From a virus, in IMG/VR virus record IMGVR_UViG_3300003691_000002, positions 1 through 64,000 of that record: a DNA stretch of 64,000 nucleotides. One strand, given 5' to 3'. A program made the translations under genes and the position numbers. Below, piece by piece: positions 9,807 to 20,200 of this stretch. Every line of letters starts with the position of its first letter. Position 1 is the first letter of the stretch. Under the pieces are notes generated by a model. That model made no database searches and was not told the origin of the DNA. It saw nothing but the letters and a program-made list of their open reading frames with translations.

Positions 9807-12800
9807 ATGCAAGAATTAGAATTCCTTATAAACCAATTAGTTAAAACTAAAGGAGGCACTCCCAAAGATTACTATGATCTTTTAGGGAGTGTTGCATTTC
9901 ATGAATCTGCTGGTACTATGAATCCTAGTATAAGACAATACGGAGGAGGTCCAGGTAGAGGAGTGTATCAGTTTGAAGAAGGTAAAAATGCAGGAGGTAT
10001 AACTGCTGCTAGAAGAACTAAAAGATTCTTGCAGAGTTTAGGAGCAAAAGTACCTAAATGGCTACAAGAAGCTGTTAAAGGTAATTCTTTAGATGCAACT
10101 AAATTAAAAAAAGAACAACAAGATGTTCTTTTTTTAGGTAATATGATAATGCATCCCAAAGCTGATTTTAAAAAAATATGGAATGGTGAAGAAACTGTTC
10201 CAGAATTTTGGGCTAATTATCATTGGGCAGGAAGTTCTGCACAACGAAAAAAGAAGTTAGAATCTTTTATGACTTCTTTAGAGAGATATAAAGAAGCAAA
10301 TCCAGATGCTTTTAATACTACTTTTGACCCAGAAGGTTCAGGTTATGACTATGCAACAGCGACTAAATATAATATACAGCCAGATGCCTCGGGACATTAT
10401 CCCAGCGTAGTGCCTGAAACTGGTCAAATTCTTAAAGGTAAAAAGCATCCTACTTATAGAGCAACTGCTAAAAAAGAAAAACAATTAGGCAGAGAGATTT
10501 ATAAAGGAGATGATAATCTTTATTATTCTAGAAAAGGTATTGGAGAATTAGCAAATACTAAAGTAAAGAAAGATAATACAATGGTCTTTCAGCCTATCAT
10601 TACTAATGATGTAATGAAAGACTTACCATCTACTTATGTACCTCCTATTGATGATGATTTAGAAGGATTAAATCAATTTGCAGTAGGGGGTCCTGTAGAC
10701 CCCCCTACAAAAAAGAAACCTCCTACAGTTGTTTATGGTACTCCTGAATATGCTAAAGCATATAGAGAAGGACTATTTGCAGAACTACCAAATGAATTAG
10801 ATGAGGTTGTTATTAATAGTAGTGTAGATTATAAGAAATATCCTTTGTATGATAGTCTTTCTGAAGATGAAAAAAAATACTTTAATGATAACAGCCCTAT
10901 TGGTAGAGCAATTAGAAGAAAGGCTTACACTAAAAAATCATTAGCCAGTGATGCTAAAAATATAGCACCACAATTAATTGAAGGAGCAACAGAAGCTTTG
11001 CAAATTCCTCAATCTGCTATGGTAGAAGGTATACAAGCTGTAAGAGGAAAAAATTATAACTTTGCAGATGCTTTACCTGGAAGTAATAATCAGCGCAGAC
11101 CTTCTCAATTTATTGGATATAAAAATCCTACAGGCATTTTACAAAATGTTGTTAATTTTGGTATTGATGCTCTTACTGACCCTGTAGATTTATTAGGAGC
11201 AGGTTATGTGGGAGATATTGGCAAAGTAGCAAAAGCTGCAAATAAAACTGATTTAGGTTTTGCTAGAAATAATCCTATTTCTTTACTTGTTGATTCTATT
11301 GAAAAAGGTATTTATAAGCTTGATTACAAAGATTCTCATCCTAAAATAAAAAAATATTTTGACGAGCAAGTAGACTTTTTTAAAAGTGAAAAAGGGAAAG
11401 ATAGGTTACAAGGAATGGGAATTGTAGGGGATAGATACACTAACTTCATAGATAAGTTAGAAAAATTAAAACTTACTTCTGGTCCTGAAACAGGGTCTTT
11501 ATATTCGCCAGGATTTGGAAAAATGCATATAAATATGTTCCAAGACAATAGTAGAGAGCTAGGAGATATAAGTTATAAATCAATAGTAGATCATGAGTTT
11601 GGGCATTTTATACAAGACCATAAAAACAGCCAATTAACAGGTAGATTAGCACAATTTCCTTTTAGAACATATGGAGATTGGGCTATGTCAAAAATAGATA
11701 TTAAAGATAAAACAATTGCAGATGTACCAAAAATTTTAAAAGACCCTAACATATCTTTTAAGCAATTTATAAAAGAATCTGATGGATATGCAACTAAAAG
11801 AGCACAACCAACATGGGCAGATGTAAAATTAGGAGAATTAAAATTAAAAAAAGGTAATAAAATACCTTCTAAATTAGAGAGAGAATTTTCTAATAGAGCT
11901 CAACAACATGATTATTTTAGAAGAGGTAATGGAAAATACGGAACAAACGTAGATAATATGACTGAGCGTTATCCTTTTCTAAGAGAGTACAGGCAAGCTA
12001 TGGTGGATAGAAAATATCTTAAAGATAAGTGGGAAGAGATTACTCCTGAGAAAGTTGCCTCTTTTCAAAGAGTATATCCTAAAATAAGATTAAATAATAT
12101 TATGAATAATACCCCTGCTAATCATCAACTTATAGCTGATCTTTTAAATTATACAGCAGGTAGTATTCCTATAGCCACACAACTGCCTAAAGAAAACAAT
12201 AAATATGCAGAAGGTGGGTCAGTAAATTCTAATTGTGGTGGTCCAGGTCAGCCTCCTTGTAAAGAAAACGATTCTTTACCAAAATATTTAACTCCCACAA
12301 AAAAAGGTTTTAAGTTAAACCCATATGAATTACCTGATACTAATAAACTAGAGCATGAAAGAAAATGGATGCTTAATTGGTTAAAATCTCCAGGAAGAAA
12401 TAAACAATTTGAATCGTTATCTAGAACTCAGTACGAAGAAGATCACCCACTAAAAAATTGGTGGTATAATAATGTTCCATCCGAAAAAGAAAAAAAAGAA
12501 CGTATATTAGAAGAATATAATAAAGAAATAAAAAATATAGTTTTAAATAATGTAGAAACTGTTAAATATAAAGGAGGAGTAGATGTTCCTGGTAATACTT
12601 ATATGTCGTCTGCAATAGGTGCTTATTCTCCTTTGGGTCATTATATCTATTTCCCATATTGGTTAGAAGATCCTGAAAATACAGATAAAGGAGCAGCTGC
12701 TCATGAAACAGCCCATGCTTCACGTATTGATAAATTTAAAGGTTCTAAAGATATACTTACAAATGTTTTAAAAAATGATAAAAAGTACAAAAATTTAAAT

Positions 12801-13277
12801 GATCGGTATCTTGGTAGTTTTAGTGAAATATATGCTAGAATATTTGGGATAAGAAGAGAGCTTGATATTAAACCAGACGAAGTTGTAACTCCTGAGTTAC
12901 TTCTTAAAAAAGAAAAAGAATATTATAAAAAAAATAATATAGAACCAGACTACCAAGAAATTAAACAAATAATGGAACAGAAATCATTAATTGAATTAAT
13001 GAATTTATTAGTACAGAATGAAAAGCATACATTAAAGCAAAAAGGAATAAGCCCCGCAGCTTATGGGGGTAATGTTTCAAATCAAAGCCCTCAGTTTTAT
13101 AGAGAAACTAATTCTTATGATGAAGGTGGTAGTCATGAATCAAATATTAATGGAGGAATACCAATAGGTACTTCTTCTAATGGTAAACTAAATACAGTGG
13201 AAGAAGGAGAATTTTCTTATAACTTCCCTAAACAAGGAAAATTTATTTTTAGTAATAGAATTAATTATGAAAATTAA
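9807..13277 (+). CDS. Multidomain virion cargo protein: lysozyme-like N-terminus and two zincin-like HExxH domains
   Basis: AFHESAG...GRGVYQFE; VDHEFGH; AAHETAH; C-terminal GGSHESN..GGI crAss motif. ATG 9807 preferred over TTG 9792, which overlaps the promoter. Confidence 0.7.
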   Translation: MQELEFLINQLVKTKGGTPKDYYDLLGSVAFHESAGTMNPSIRQYGGGPGRGVYQFEEGKNAGGITAARRTKRFLQSLGAKVPKWLQEAVKGNSLDATKLKKEQQDVLFLGNMIMHPKADFKKIWNGEETVPEFWANYHWAGSSAQRKKKLESFMTSLERYKEANPDAFNTTFDPEGSGYDYATATKYNIQPDASGHYPSVVPETGQILKGKKHPTYRATAKKEKQLGREIYKGDDNLYYSRKGIGELANTKVKKDNTMVFQPIITNDVMKDLPSTYVPPIDDDLEGLNQFAVGGPVDPPTKKKPPTVVYGTPEYAKAYREGLFAELPNELDEVVINSSVDYKKYPLYDSLSEDEKKYFNDNSPIGRAIRRKAYTKKSLASDAKNIAPQLIEGATEALQIPQSAMVEGIQAVRGKNYNFADALPGSNNQRRPSQFIGYKNPTGILQNVVNFGIDALTDPVDLLGAGYVGDIGKVAKAANKTDLGFARNNPISLLVDSIEKGIYKLDYKDSHPKIKKYFDEQVDFFKSEKGKDRLQGMGIVGDRYTNFIDKLEKLKLTSGPETGSLYSPGFGKMHINMFQDNSRELGDISYKSIVDHEFGHFIQDHKNSQLTGRLAQFPFRTYGDWAMSKIDIKDKTIADVPKILKDPNISFKQFIKESDGYATKRAQPTWADVKLGELKLKKGNKIPSKLEREFSNRAQQHDYFRRGNGKYGTNVDNMTERYPFLREYRQAMVDRKYLKDKWEEITPEKVASFQRVYPKIRLNNIMNNTPANHQLIADLLNYTAGSIPIATQLPKENNKYAEGGSVNSNCGGPGQPPCKENDSLPKYLTPTKKGFKLNPYELPDTNKLEHERKWMLNWLKSPGRNKQFESLSRTQYEEDHPLKNWWYNNVPSEKEKKERILEEYNKEIKNIVLNNVETVKYKGGVDVPGNTYMSSAIGAYSPLGHYIYFPYWLEDPENTDKGAAAHETAHASRIDKFKGSKDILTNVLKNDKKYKNLNDRYLGSFSEIYARIFGIRRELDIKPDEVVTPELLLKKEKEYYKKNNIEPDYQEIKQIMEQKSLIELMNLLVQNEKHTLKQKGISPAAYGGNVSNQSPQFYRETNSYDEGGSHESNINGGIPIGTSSNGKLNTVEEGEFSYNFPKQGKFIFSNRINYEN

Positions 13278-15303
13278 CAAAGACATAAACAGCAGACTTA
13301 ACAAAATGTTAGGTATACCTAAATGGGTACAAGCCGCTACACCTGCTGAAGAAGCTAAAAAAATAGAAAGAAAGTTTAAGGATAGAAAAACTCCTGAAGC
13401 TATGAGAACCAAGGAAGATCTTTTGTCTAAAGTAGCGGAAAAACAAGAGATGGTTAAACAAATGATGGAGCCTGAAACTCCTGCAGTTCCTTTAGATCAA
13501 ATGCCTAACCAAATGGCAAATGGAGGCGCTATTGCAGATACTTTAACTCAAACAGGGCTTGGAGTAGCTGGTACTGTTATAGGGGGACCAATTGGAGGAA
13601 TGATAGGAGGAGCTTTAGGGCAAATTGCAGGACCTATGGTTGGGGGGTTATTTGGACAAAACCAAGTAAACGAAGATATTAATAATAATGCTTTGGCTAC
13701 TAATATGTCTCAAATGGCATATGGAGGTATGACAGACCCTATAGGAAAGAAAACTAAAACAAAACCACCTACTAAAATAAATCCTTATGATGCATTAGAA
13801 GCGTCTATGACAGGTATACAACAACCTAATCTTAATTTAGGTCCATATGCAACTGCAGGATATTTAGATGTACAAAATCAAGGTACTAATTATATAGTTA
13901 GTCCTACAGGTAAAAATCCTCAAAACTATCAAGGATTTCAGCAGCAATTAAAAACCTTGCAAAAGCTTAACCCTAATGCTATTATAGAACCAAACTATTT
14001 ACAATTCCAAAATAGAATGGGTTATGGAGGAAAAACTAATAGTTATCCTGATGGAGGCTTTCCTAATATTATGCCTTATATAAATAACCTTGCAAAATTT
14101 CAAGGAGATCCTTCTTATCCACCTTCTGTTTATTCTAATCAAGAGATGAGGGGTATTCAATTACCCAAAGTTCCGAGAGTAACTATGGATACTGGAGCTG
14201 GTATTCCACCTTCTGTATTCTCTACATTTGAAATAGGGGATGGATTAAATCTTACCCCACCTCCAGCTTATCCTGAGATAACTCCTAACGCTTTTAGTCC
14301 TCAAGGAGTAAGCTTAAAAAACCGTTTTGCTGGTACTCCTTCTGTAGTAGGACAAATGGAAAGAGATGGTTGGAGAGGTAACCCTATAGTAGACACAGGT
14401 GCATCAATGCCTCCAGGAGTATTTTCTAAACAAGAAGGATCTTTATTACCAAGACAAAACTTTATAAGGCCAGGGATTAAACCACCAGTAGTAAGTCAAG
14501 GAAAAACCAATACAAATATTTCTTCTGCACCTATTGCTCCTTCTACTCCTGTTCCTACTGTAAAAAGAGAAAATACTCCTAATTTAATTAATTATGCAGG
14601 TACTATGCCTGCTGCTACAATGTCTTCTTTAAAAGGAACTACAATGCCGCAATCTGTTGGTGATGAAGCAAAGAAAAATGCTCCAGGTATGAAAAAATCT
14701 AATTCTTCTGGATTAGGAGAAGTTATGCCTTATTTAGCACAAGCAGGAAGACTTGCTCCTTTACTTGGTAATTTATTTAATCCAATTAAACAAGCCCCTC
14801 CTGTTAGAAGAGAAAGAATAATTGGAAATAATAATTTAGGTAGAATAGATCAAAACTTTATTGTTAATCAAGCGAATCAAGCTACTGCTAATGCTGCTAA
14901 TATGATGAGAGCTAACTCTGGTGGAGATAGTGCAAGACTTTATAGTGGATTAGTAGGAGCTACTAGAGCAGGTGCCGCAGGAGCTTCTTCAGGTGCGTAT
15001 CAAGCTCAAGCAGGTAATATAGATCTAAATCTTAAAGAAAATCAGTTAAATCAAAGACAAGCTTTATCAAATCAAGCAATGGGTAATTATGATACTATTG
15101 ATAATATGGCTAACTTTGGAAACACTCAATCTTTAAGACAAGCAAAGCTTAACGCTATTTTAAATTCTATTGGTTCTTTAGGAAAAGAAACTTCTGATAA
15201 AGAACTAGTAAAAGAAATTTACGGATATACCTGGGATGGTAAATTTGTAAGAGATAAGCAAGGTAATATTGTAGCTATGTTTGGAAGTTATTTAAATAAA
15301 TAA
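13267..15303 (+). CDS. Low-complexity virion cargo/ejection protein
   Basis: G/P/N/Q/A-rich, glycine-zipper TM-like segment, MAxGG repeats, no Cys. Confidence 0.65.
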   Translation: MKINKDINSRLNKMLGIPKWVQAATPAEEAKKIERKFKDRKTPEAMRTKEDLLSKVAEKQEMVKQMMEPETPAVPLDQMPNQMANGGAIADTLTQTGLGVAGTVIGGPIGGMIGGALGQIAGPMVGGLFGQNQVNEDINNNALATNMSQMAYGGMTDPIGKKTKTKPPTKINPYDALEASMTGIQQPNLNLGPYATAGYLDVQNQGTNYIVSPTGKNPQNYQGFQQQLKTLQKLNPNAIIEPNYLQFQNRMGYGGKTNSYPDGGFPNIMPYINNLAKFQGDPSYPPSVYSNQEMRGIQLPKVPRVTMDTGAGIPPSVFSTFEIGDGLNLTPPPAYPEITPNAFSPQGVSLKNRFAGTPSVVGQMERDGWRGNPIVDTGASMPPGVFSKQEGSLLPRQNFIRPGIKPPVVSQGKTNTNISSAPIAPSTPVPTVKRENTPNLINYAGTMPAATMSSLKGTTMPQSVGDEAKKNAPGMKKSNSSGLGEVMPYLAQAGRLAPLLGNLFNPIKQAPPVRRERIIGNNNLGRIDQNFIVNQANQATANAANMMRANSGGDSARLYSGLVGATRAGAAGASSGAYQAQAGNIDLNLKENQLNQRQALSNQAMGNYDTIDNMANFGNTQSLRQAKLNAILNSIGSLGKETSDKELVKEIYGYTWDGKFVRDKQGNIVAMFGSYLNK

Positions 15304-15305
15304 TT

Positions 15306-17246
15306 ATGATTGCAAATAGATATACTCAAGCAGAATTTCCAGAATATAATCCTTATTCTTTGCAGGAGCTTATGATGGCGCCTGCTTATAAAAGAGAAAA
15401 ACACGATGCTATTAATGCTGGGATATCTGAGTTAGAAACACAGCTTGCTCAGATTGATTCATTACCTGAAATGACTCCTGCTTTAGAAGAAGAAAGAAAT
15501 AGACTTTATAATGAATTAGAAGGTCTTTCTACACAACTTGCACAAGAAGGATTTAACCAAGCTTCTAAGAGTGATTTTTTAAAGTTTAATAAAGATTATC
15601 AACTAGCTTTAGGTCCTACGGGCAGAGTTGGCCAGATTGCTAATGCTAAAGCACAGTATGATATAGAAAGAGCAAACTTGTTAGAAAATGCTGTTAATAT
15701 GGGCTTTAGTCCAGAAGGAGCTATGAATATGTTTAACCAAGGATATCAAGATTATATAAAAAAATTTAATGAAACAGGTGTTATAGATCCTTTCTTTGCT
15801 CCTACTCCTCCTCAGTTTCATTCTATTGAACAAGATCTTGCTACTCTTAGTAATTTGATGACTTCAAATGTAAAAGATAATTTTCAAGATGGTTCTTATA
15901 AAATTAAAGGTACACCAGAAGGGTTATATGTTATAGATTCAAGAACAGGTAATAGAGTAGAAGAAGAAAATGCCAAACAAATAGAGCAACAACTAAATTT
16001 CTTACAAAACAAATGGCTTAAAGAAGGGGGAGCTGGATATAAAACTCTTAATTGGCATAACCTTTCACCAGAAGTAGCAGAGCAAATGATTCAGGCAGGT
16101 GTAGGAATGCAAGCATTTAGTAAAGTTCAGGATGCTCAAAAACAAGATTTTAGAGTAATAGCCCCTTCTTCAAGTAGCAGAAAAGGTCTAACAGGAGTTG
16201 GGTTTATTAATAATTTAGTCCAAGGATTAGATTCAAAATTTGTAGATGGTAATTCTCCTTTATTAAATACTAAGGCTTATTCTGAAGCTGAATATACTCC
16301 TGAAGGAAACTTAATAGAATCAGGAAAATTCGATACTTACCAAGAAAAAGTTAATTGGTACAAAGAAAATGGATATGAAATATCTCAAAAAGAAGGCGAA
16401 TTAGCTGTTGCAACTATAAGAGATGATGGTAGGTTAGCTTTATCTATGGGTACAGGTTTAGGACCTACTGGTTTCTCTCAGCAAAATACTATAGTTATTC
16501 AAAAAGATGGTAATCATTTAAAAGAAGATTTAAATAAAATGAGAGCTGAAAATCCTCAATTGGCTAATCTAAATGATCAAGAGCTAGTAGAGAGATTACA
16601 AAACTTCCAAATAAAGTTTGAAAAAGCTTACTCTGGCTCTACTATCCCTATTGGAGCTGATTTTGAATGGATGAATGATCAAATTTTTGGTAATCAAGCA
16701 GGTGGAGGAGAAAAAAGTATAGGTAGAATCTTTAATAAAGGAGTTCTATATAATGGAGAAGAGTTGCCGATGGATTTGGTATTAGACGAACTTGGGTATG
16801 ATTCAGATGAATATAATGATTTCTTAGAGCAAGGTAAGCCTACATTAAAAGGATATATGCCTGCTCTTGGTAAATGGCTTGCTACTGCATTAAATGCTGA
16901 TGGTGAACCTGTTAATTTCTTTGTAGAAGCTCCAGAAAATATATCTATACTTACACAAGATAGTCAAAATATTACTAATGCTATTATGGCAGGACAAGCT
17001 TTTGCTAAATTAGGACCTGCTTTTAATCCTCAAGGTCAACAAATAGGGTTTAAATATCTTGTTAATGATTATGATAATCCTCAAATAGTCTTGTCTACTT
17101 TTAATGTAGATAATATATCTGAACTTCTTACTAATCCAATTGTAGGGCAAGTTGGTTATGAAAAACATATGAGAGATGAATTAACTAATTTAAATGCTAA
17201 TTTAAATTATTTGAACATGTCTGGTATTGATAAAACTACTAATTAA
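15306..17246 (+). CDS. Virion cargo/ejection protein
   Basis: MIANRY...YNPYSLQEL N-terminus typical of crAss cargo genes; coiled coil; position before giant genes. Confidence 0.65.
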   Translation: MIANRYTQAEFPEYNPYSLQELMMAPAYKREKHDAINAGISELETQLAQIDSLPEMTPALEEERNRLYNELEGLSTQLAQEGFNQASKSDFLKFNKDYQLALGPTGRVGQIANAKAQYDIERANLLENAVNMGFSPEGAMNMFNQGYQDYIKKFNETGVIDPFFAPTPPQFHSIEQDLATLSNLMTSNVKDNFQDGSYKIKGTPEGLYVIDSRTGNRVEEENAKQIEQQLNFLQNKWLKEGGAGYKTLNWHNLSPEVAEQMIQAGVGMQAFSKVQDAQKQDFRVIAPSSSSRKGLTGVGFINNLVQGLDSKFVDGNSPLLNTKAYSEAEYTPEGNLIESGKFDTYQEKVNWYKENGYEISQKEGELAVATIRDDGRLALSMGTGLGPTGFSQQNTIVIQKDGNHLKEDLNKMRAENPQLANLNDQELVERLQNFQIKFEKAYSGSTIPIGADFEWMNDQIFGNQAGGGEKSIGRIFNKGVLYNGEELPMDLVLDELGYDSDEYNDFLEQGKPTLKGYMPALGKWLATALNADGEPVNFFVEAPENISILTQDSQNITNAIMAGQAFAKLGPAFNPQGQQIGFKYLVNDYDNPQIVLSTFNVDNISELLTNPIVGQVGYEKHMRDELTNLNANLNYLNMSGIDKTTN

Positions 17247-20200
17247 TGGAAGAAGAAAATTTATTATTAGGTGATATACAGTCTAGGGGAATGTCAGCTT
17301 CCCCTAATCCATTAATTGCGGATATAGCTGCAAGAAACTCTTTAAGCTATGAATCTGCATTTAACTATAGTGGTATTGTACCTGTTGGTGGAATAGGATT
17401 AGGAGAGTCTAGATATGATAAACCTAATATACCTTTTTCACAGTTATATAATTTAGATGAAATTAGGGCTAGAAGACAGCCTTGGCTTGCTAAATTTGGA
17501 GCTGGTTTTGGTAGAGTAGGAACTAAAGCAGTTTCTGAAATAGCCAAAATGCCTGGTGTATTAGGAGGAATTGTTGGAGGTGCAATAGGGCAAGCAATAG
17601 ATTTAGCCACAGGTGAAGATAATACAGACTTTGTTAAAACAGCTTTTGATAATATTTGGATTAATTCTATAGCTGACGCAGAAGAACATATTAATGAGGA
17701 GGTTTTACCTGTATATGTTAGAAAAGCTGTACAAGATGGAAATCTTTGGGATAAAATTACTTCTATTGATTTCTGGGCAACTGACGGTGCAGATGGTTTA
17801 GGATATATTGTAGCAATGTTAGCTCCAGGACAAGCTATTAGTAAACTTGGATTAGGTTCTAAACTTATGCCTACTAAGGCTTTAACTGCTATGGCTAAGT
17901 CTACTGATGATGCAGCAGCTACTTTAGCATCATTAGGAATAAAACCTTCAAATGCAGATATTGGACTTGCTGCTGTAGCTAATACTATTTTTGAATCTGC
18001 TGCAGAAGCTAAAGGTTCTATGGATTCTTTTGAGCAATCTCCAAAATATCAAGAAGAATTAGAAGAAAGAATAAATAAAAATTATAATGAGATAATTGCT
18101 AATGCGCAGGGCAATCCTGAAATAATACAAAATGCTAAAATTCTTGCACAAGAAAAAGCAGAAAAAGAAATGCAAGAATTAAAATCTGGTATAGGAGCTA
18201 AAGTTTTTAAATCCAATGTGGGTATATTAATAGGTCCTAACATAGCAATGTCTAAAATATTATGGGGAGGAAGAGCTGCTAGAGGAGCTAGAAATCAAAT
18301 AACTAAAGAAGGTGTTGAAAAAGTTGCTAATCCTTCCACTTTAAAAAAGATTAAAAATTGGGGAGATGAATGGGGCAAAGGTGTATTAAGAGAAGGATTT
18401 TGGGAAGAAGGGCTGCAAAGTACTGCAGAAAATTACTTTACAGAAAACCCAGAAAATACTTTAGGAGATTTTTTAACAGATGCTCCTAAAGAGTGGCTTA
18501 AAACATTAGGTACTACAGACGGGCAAGTAGCAGTATTTCTTGGCTCAGTTTATGGTGGTACAATGTCTGCAGCAGCTAATAGTTATAAAGCTAAAAAAGA
18601 TAGGGAAACTTTAAATAGGCTTATAGAAAGAGGAAACAATTCTTTAAATCAATTAGCTTCGATTTTTCAATCTAGTGATGTTTTTGAAACTGTTATAAAT
18701 GAACAAGGAGAAGAAGAAGTAGTTTATGTAAAAAATGAAGAAACAGGGGAGTTAGAAAAGAAAGTAGACCCTGTTAAATTAAGAATGAAATTAGAGGGGG
18801 ATTTAAAATTTGAAGCCCTTTCTGCTATATTTGATGTTGCTAAAGAAACAGGTGATAAAAGACTTTTAGACGCTGTTAAAAACAAAGCTTACACAGAAAT
18901 GGTTATACCTTTTATCTTAGATGATAAATTAGGTGTAGAAACTCTTAGACAAGCTTTAGATGCGCATGGTAAAATTGCAGAAGCAACACAAGGTAACAAT
19001 CTTGATATAAATGAAATTAAATCAGATATTTTAAATAAAGCTACTTATTTAAAAAATCAATATAATCTTTTTCAGGATTTTTCTAGGTCTCTTATAAAGC
19101 TAAATGCTGATAATGTAAAAAACAAAGATTTTGATATTTTCTATGACAAATTGTTAGAGCAATATTTAGTATCTCATTCTGAGTTACAATTTTTAGAAAA
19201 AAGAAAAGAAAAATTAACAGAAACTATTACAGAGCTTGGTAATAATAATAGAAGGTTTCCAGATGCTGCAAATATATTATTGGACCCTAAAAACCAATCT
19301 TTAATTAGAGATGTTTTACAATCAGACCCAAGATTAGAAAAAGCTTATACAGAGTATTTAACGCTTGACCCTTCTATTGAATCTAAAAAAGATGTAATAG
19401 AGGACGTATGGAATCAAGATAAAAGTAATGAAGCGTTTCAAAAATTTGTAAATGATTCTAGAGAGTTAGAAAGAAAATTAGAACAAGCTAAAAAAGTACA
19501 AACTGTTTTAGATGATATTGCTAATTCTTCTAATTTAGAGGAATTAGATAATATCCTTATACCTGAAGGTATAGATAATGAGACAAGAGATCTTATAAAT
19601 GCCACTAAAAAAGAAAGAAAAGAAGAATTAGAAGCAGCAGAAGAAGAGGAGGCACAAAAAGCTAAAGAAGACGCTGACTCTTCTTTAAATGAAAATGAAA
19701 GAGAGAGTTTAGAGAAAGAAGCGTACATTAAAAATCTCAAAGAAAACTTTGCAGAGGGAGATATTATTACTGTACCTGACTGGCATAAAAATGCAGGAGA
19801 TGATGTAACTATTACTAAAATTAATAAAAAATCTATCTCAGTAGAAGATAGTAAAGGCAATAAGTTTTTAATTAAATATGAAGACTACTATGATGCTGCT
19901 GCTTCTAATGATATTCTTACAGTTTATTCCACAGAAGGAAATGTTCTTACTGAAGAAGATAGACAAGTAACTAAAGTAGTAAATGCAAAAGAAGATACTA
20001 GATTAGAGCAGGAATCTTTTGATACTCCTGTAATGATTAGGAATGATGAGCTTGACCAAATTTTTAACTTTATAGACCCTGCAGTAGAAGTTTTTGAAAG
20101 AAACCCTGTAGACAAAAAAGGACATAAAGTTTATTTTGAAATTGCTGGAACTACTACAGAAACAACTTTATCTAAAGAAGAAAAATCTGAGTTAAAAAAA

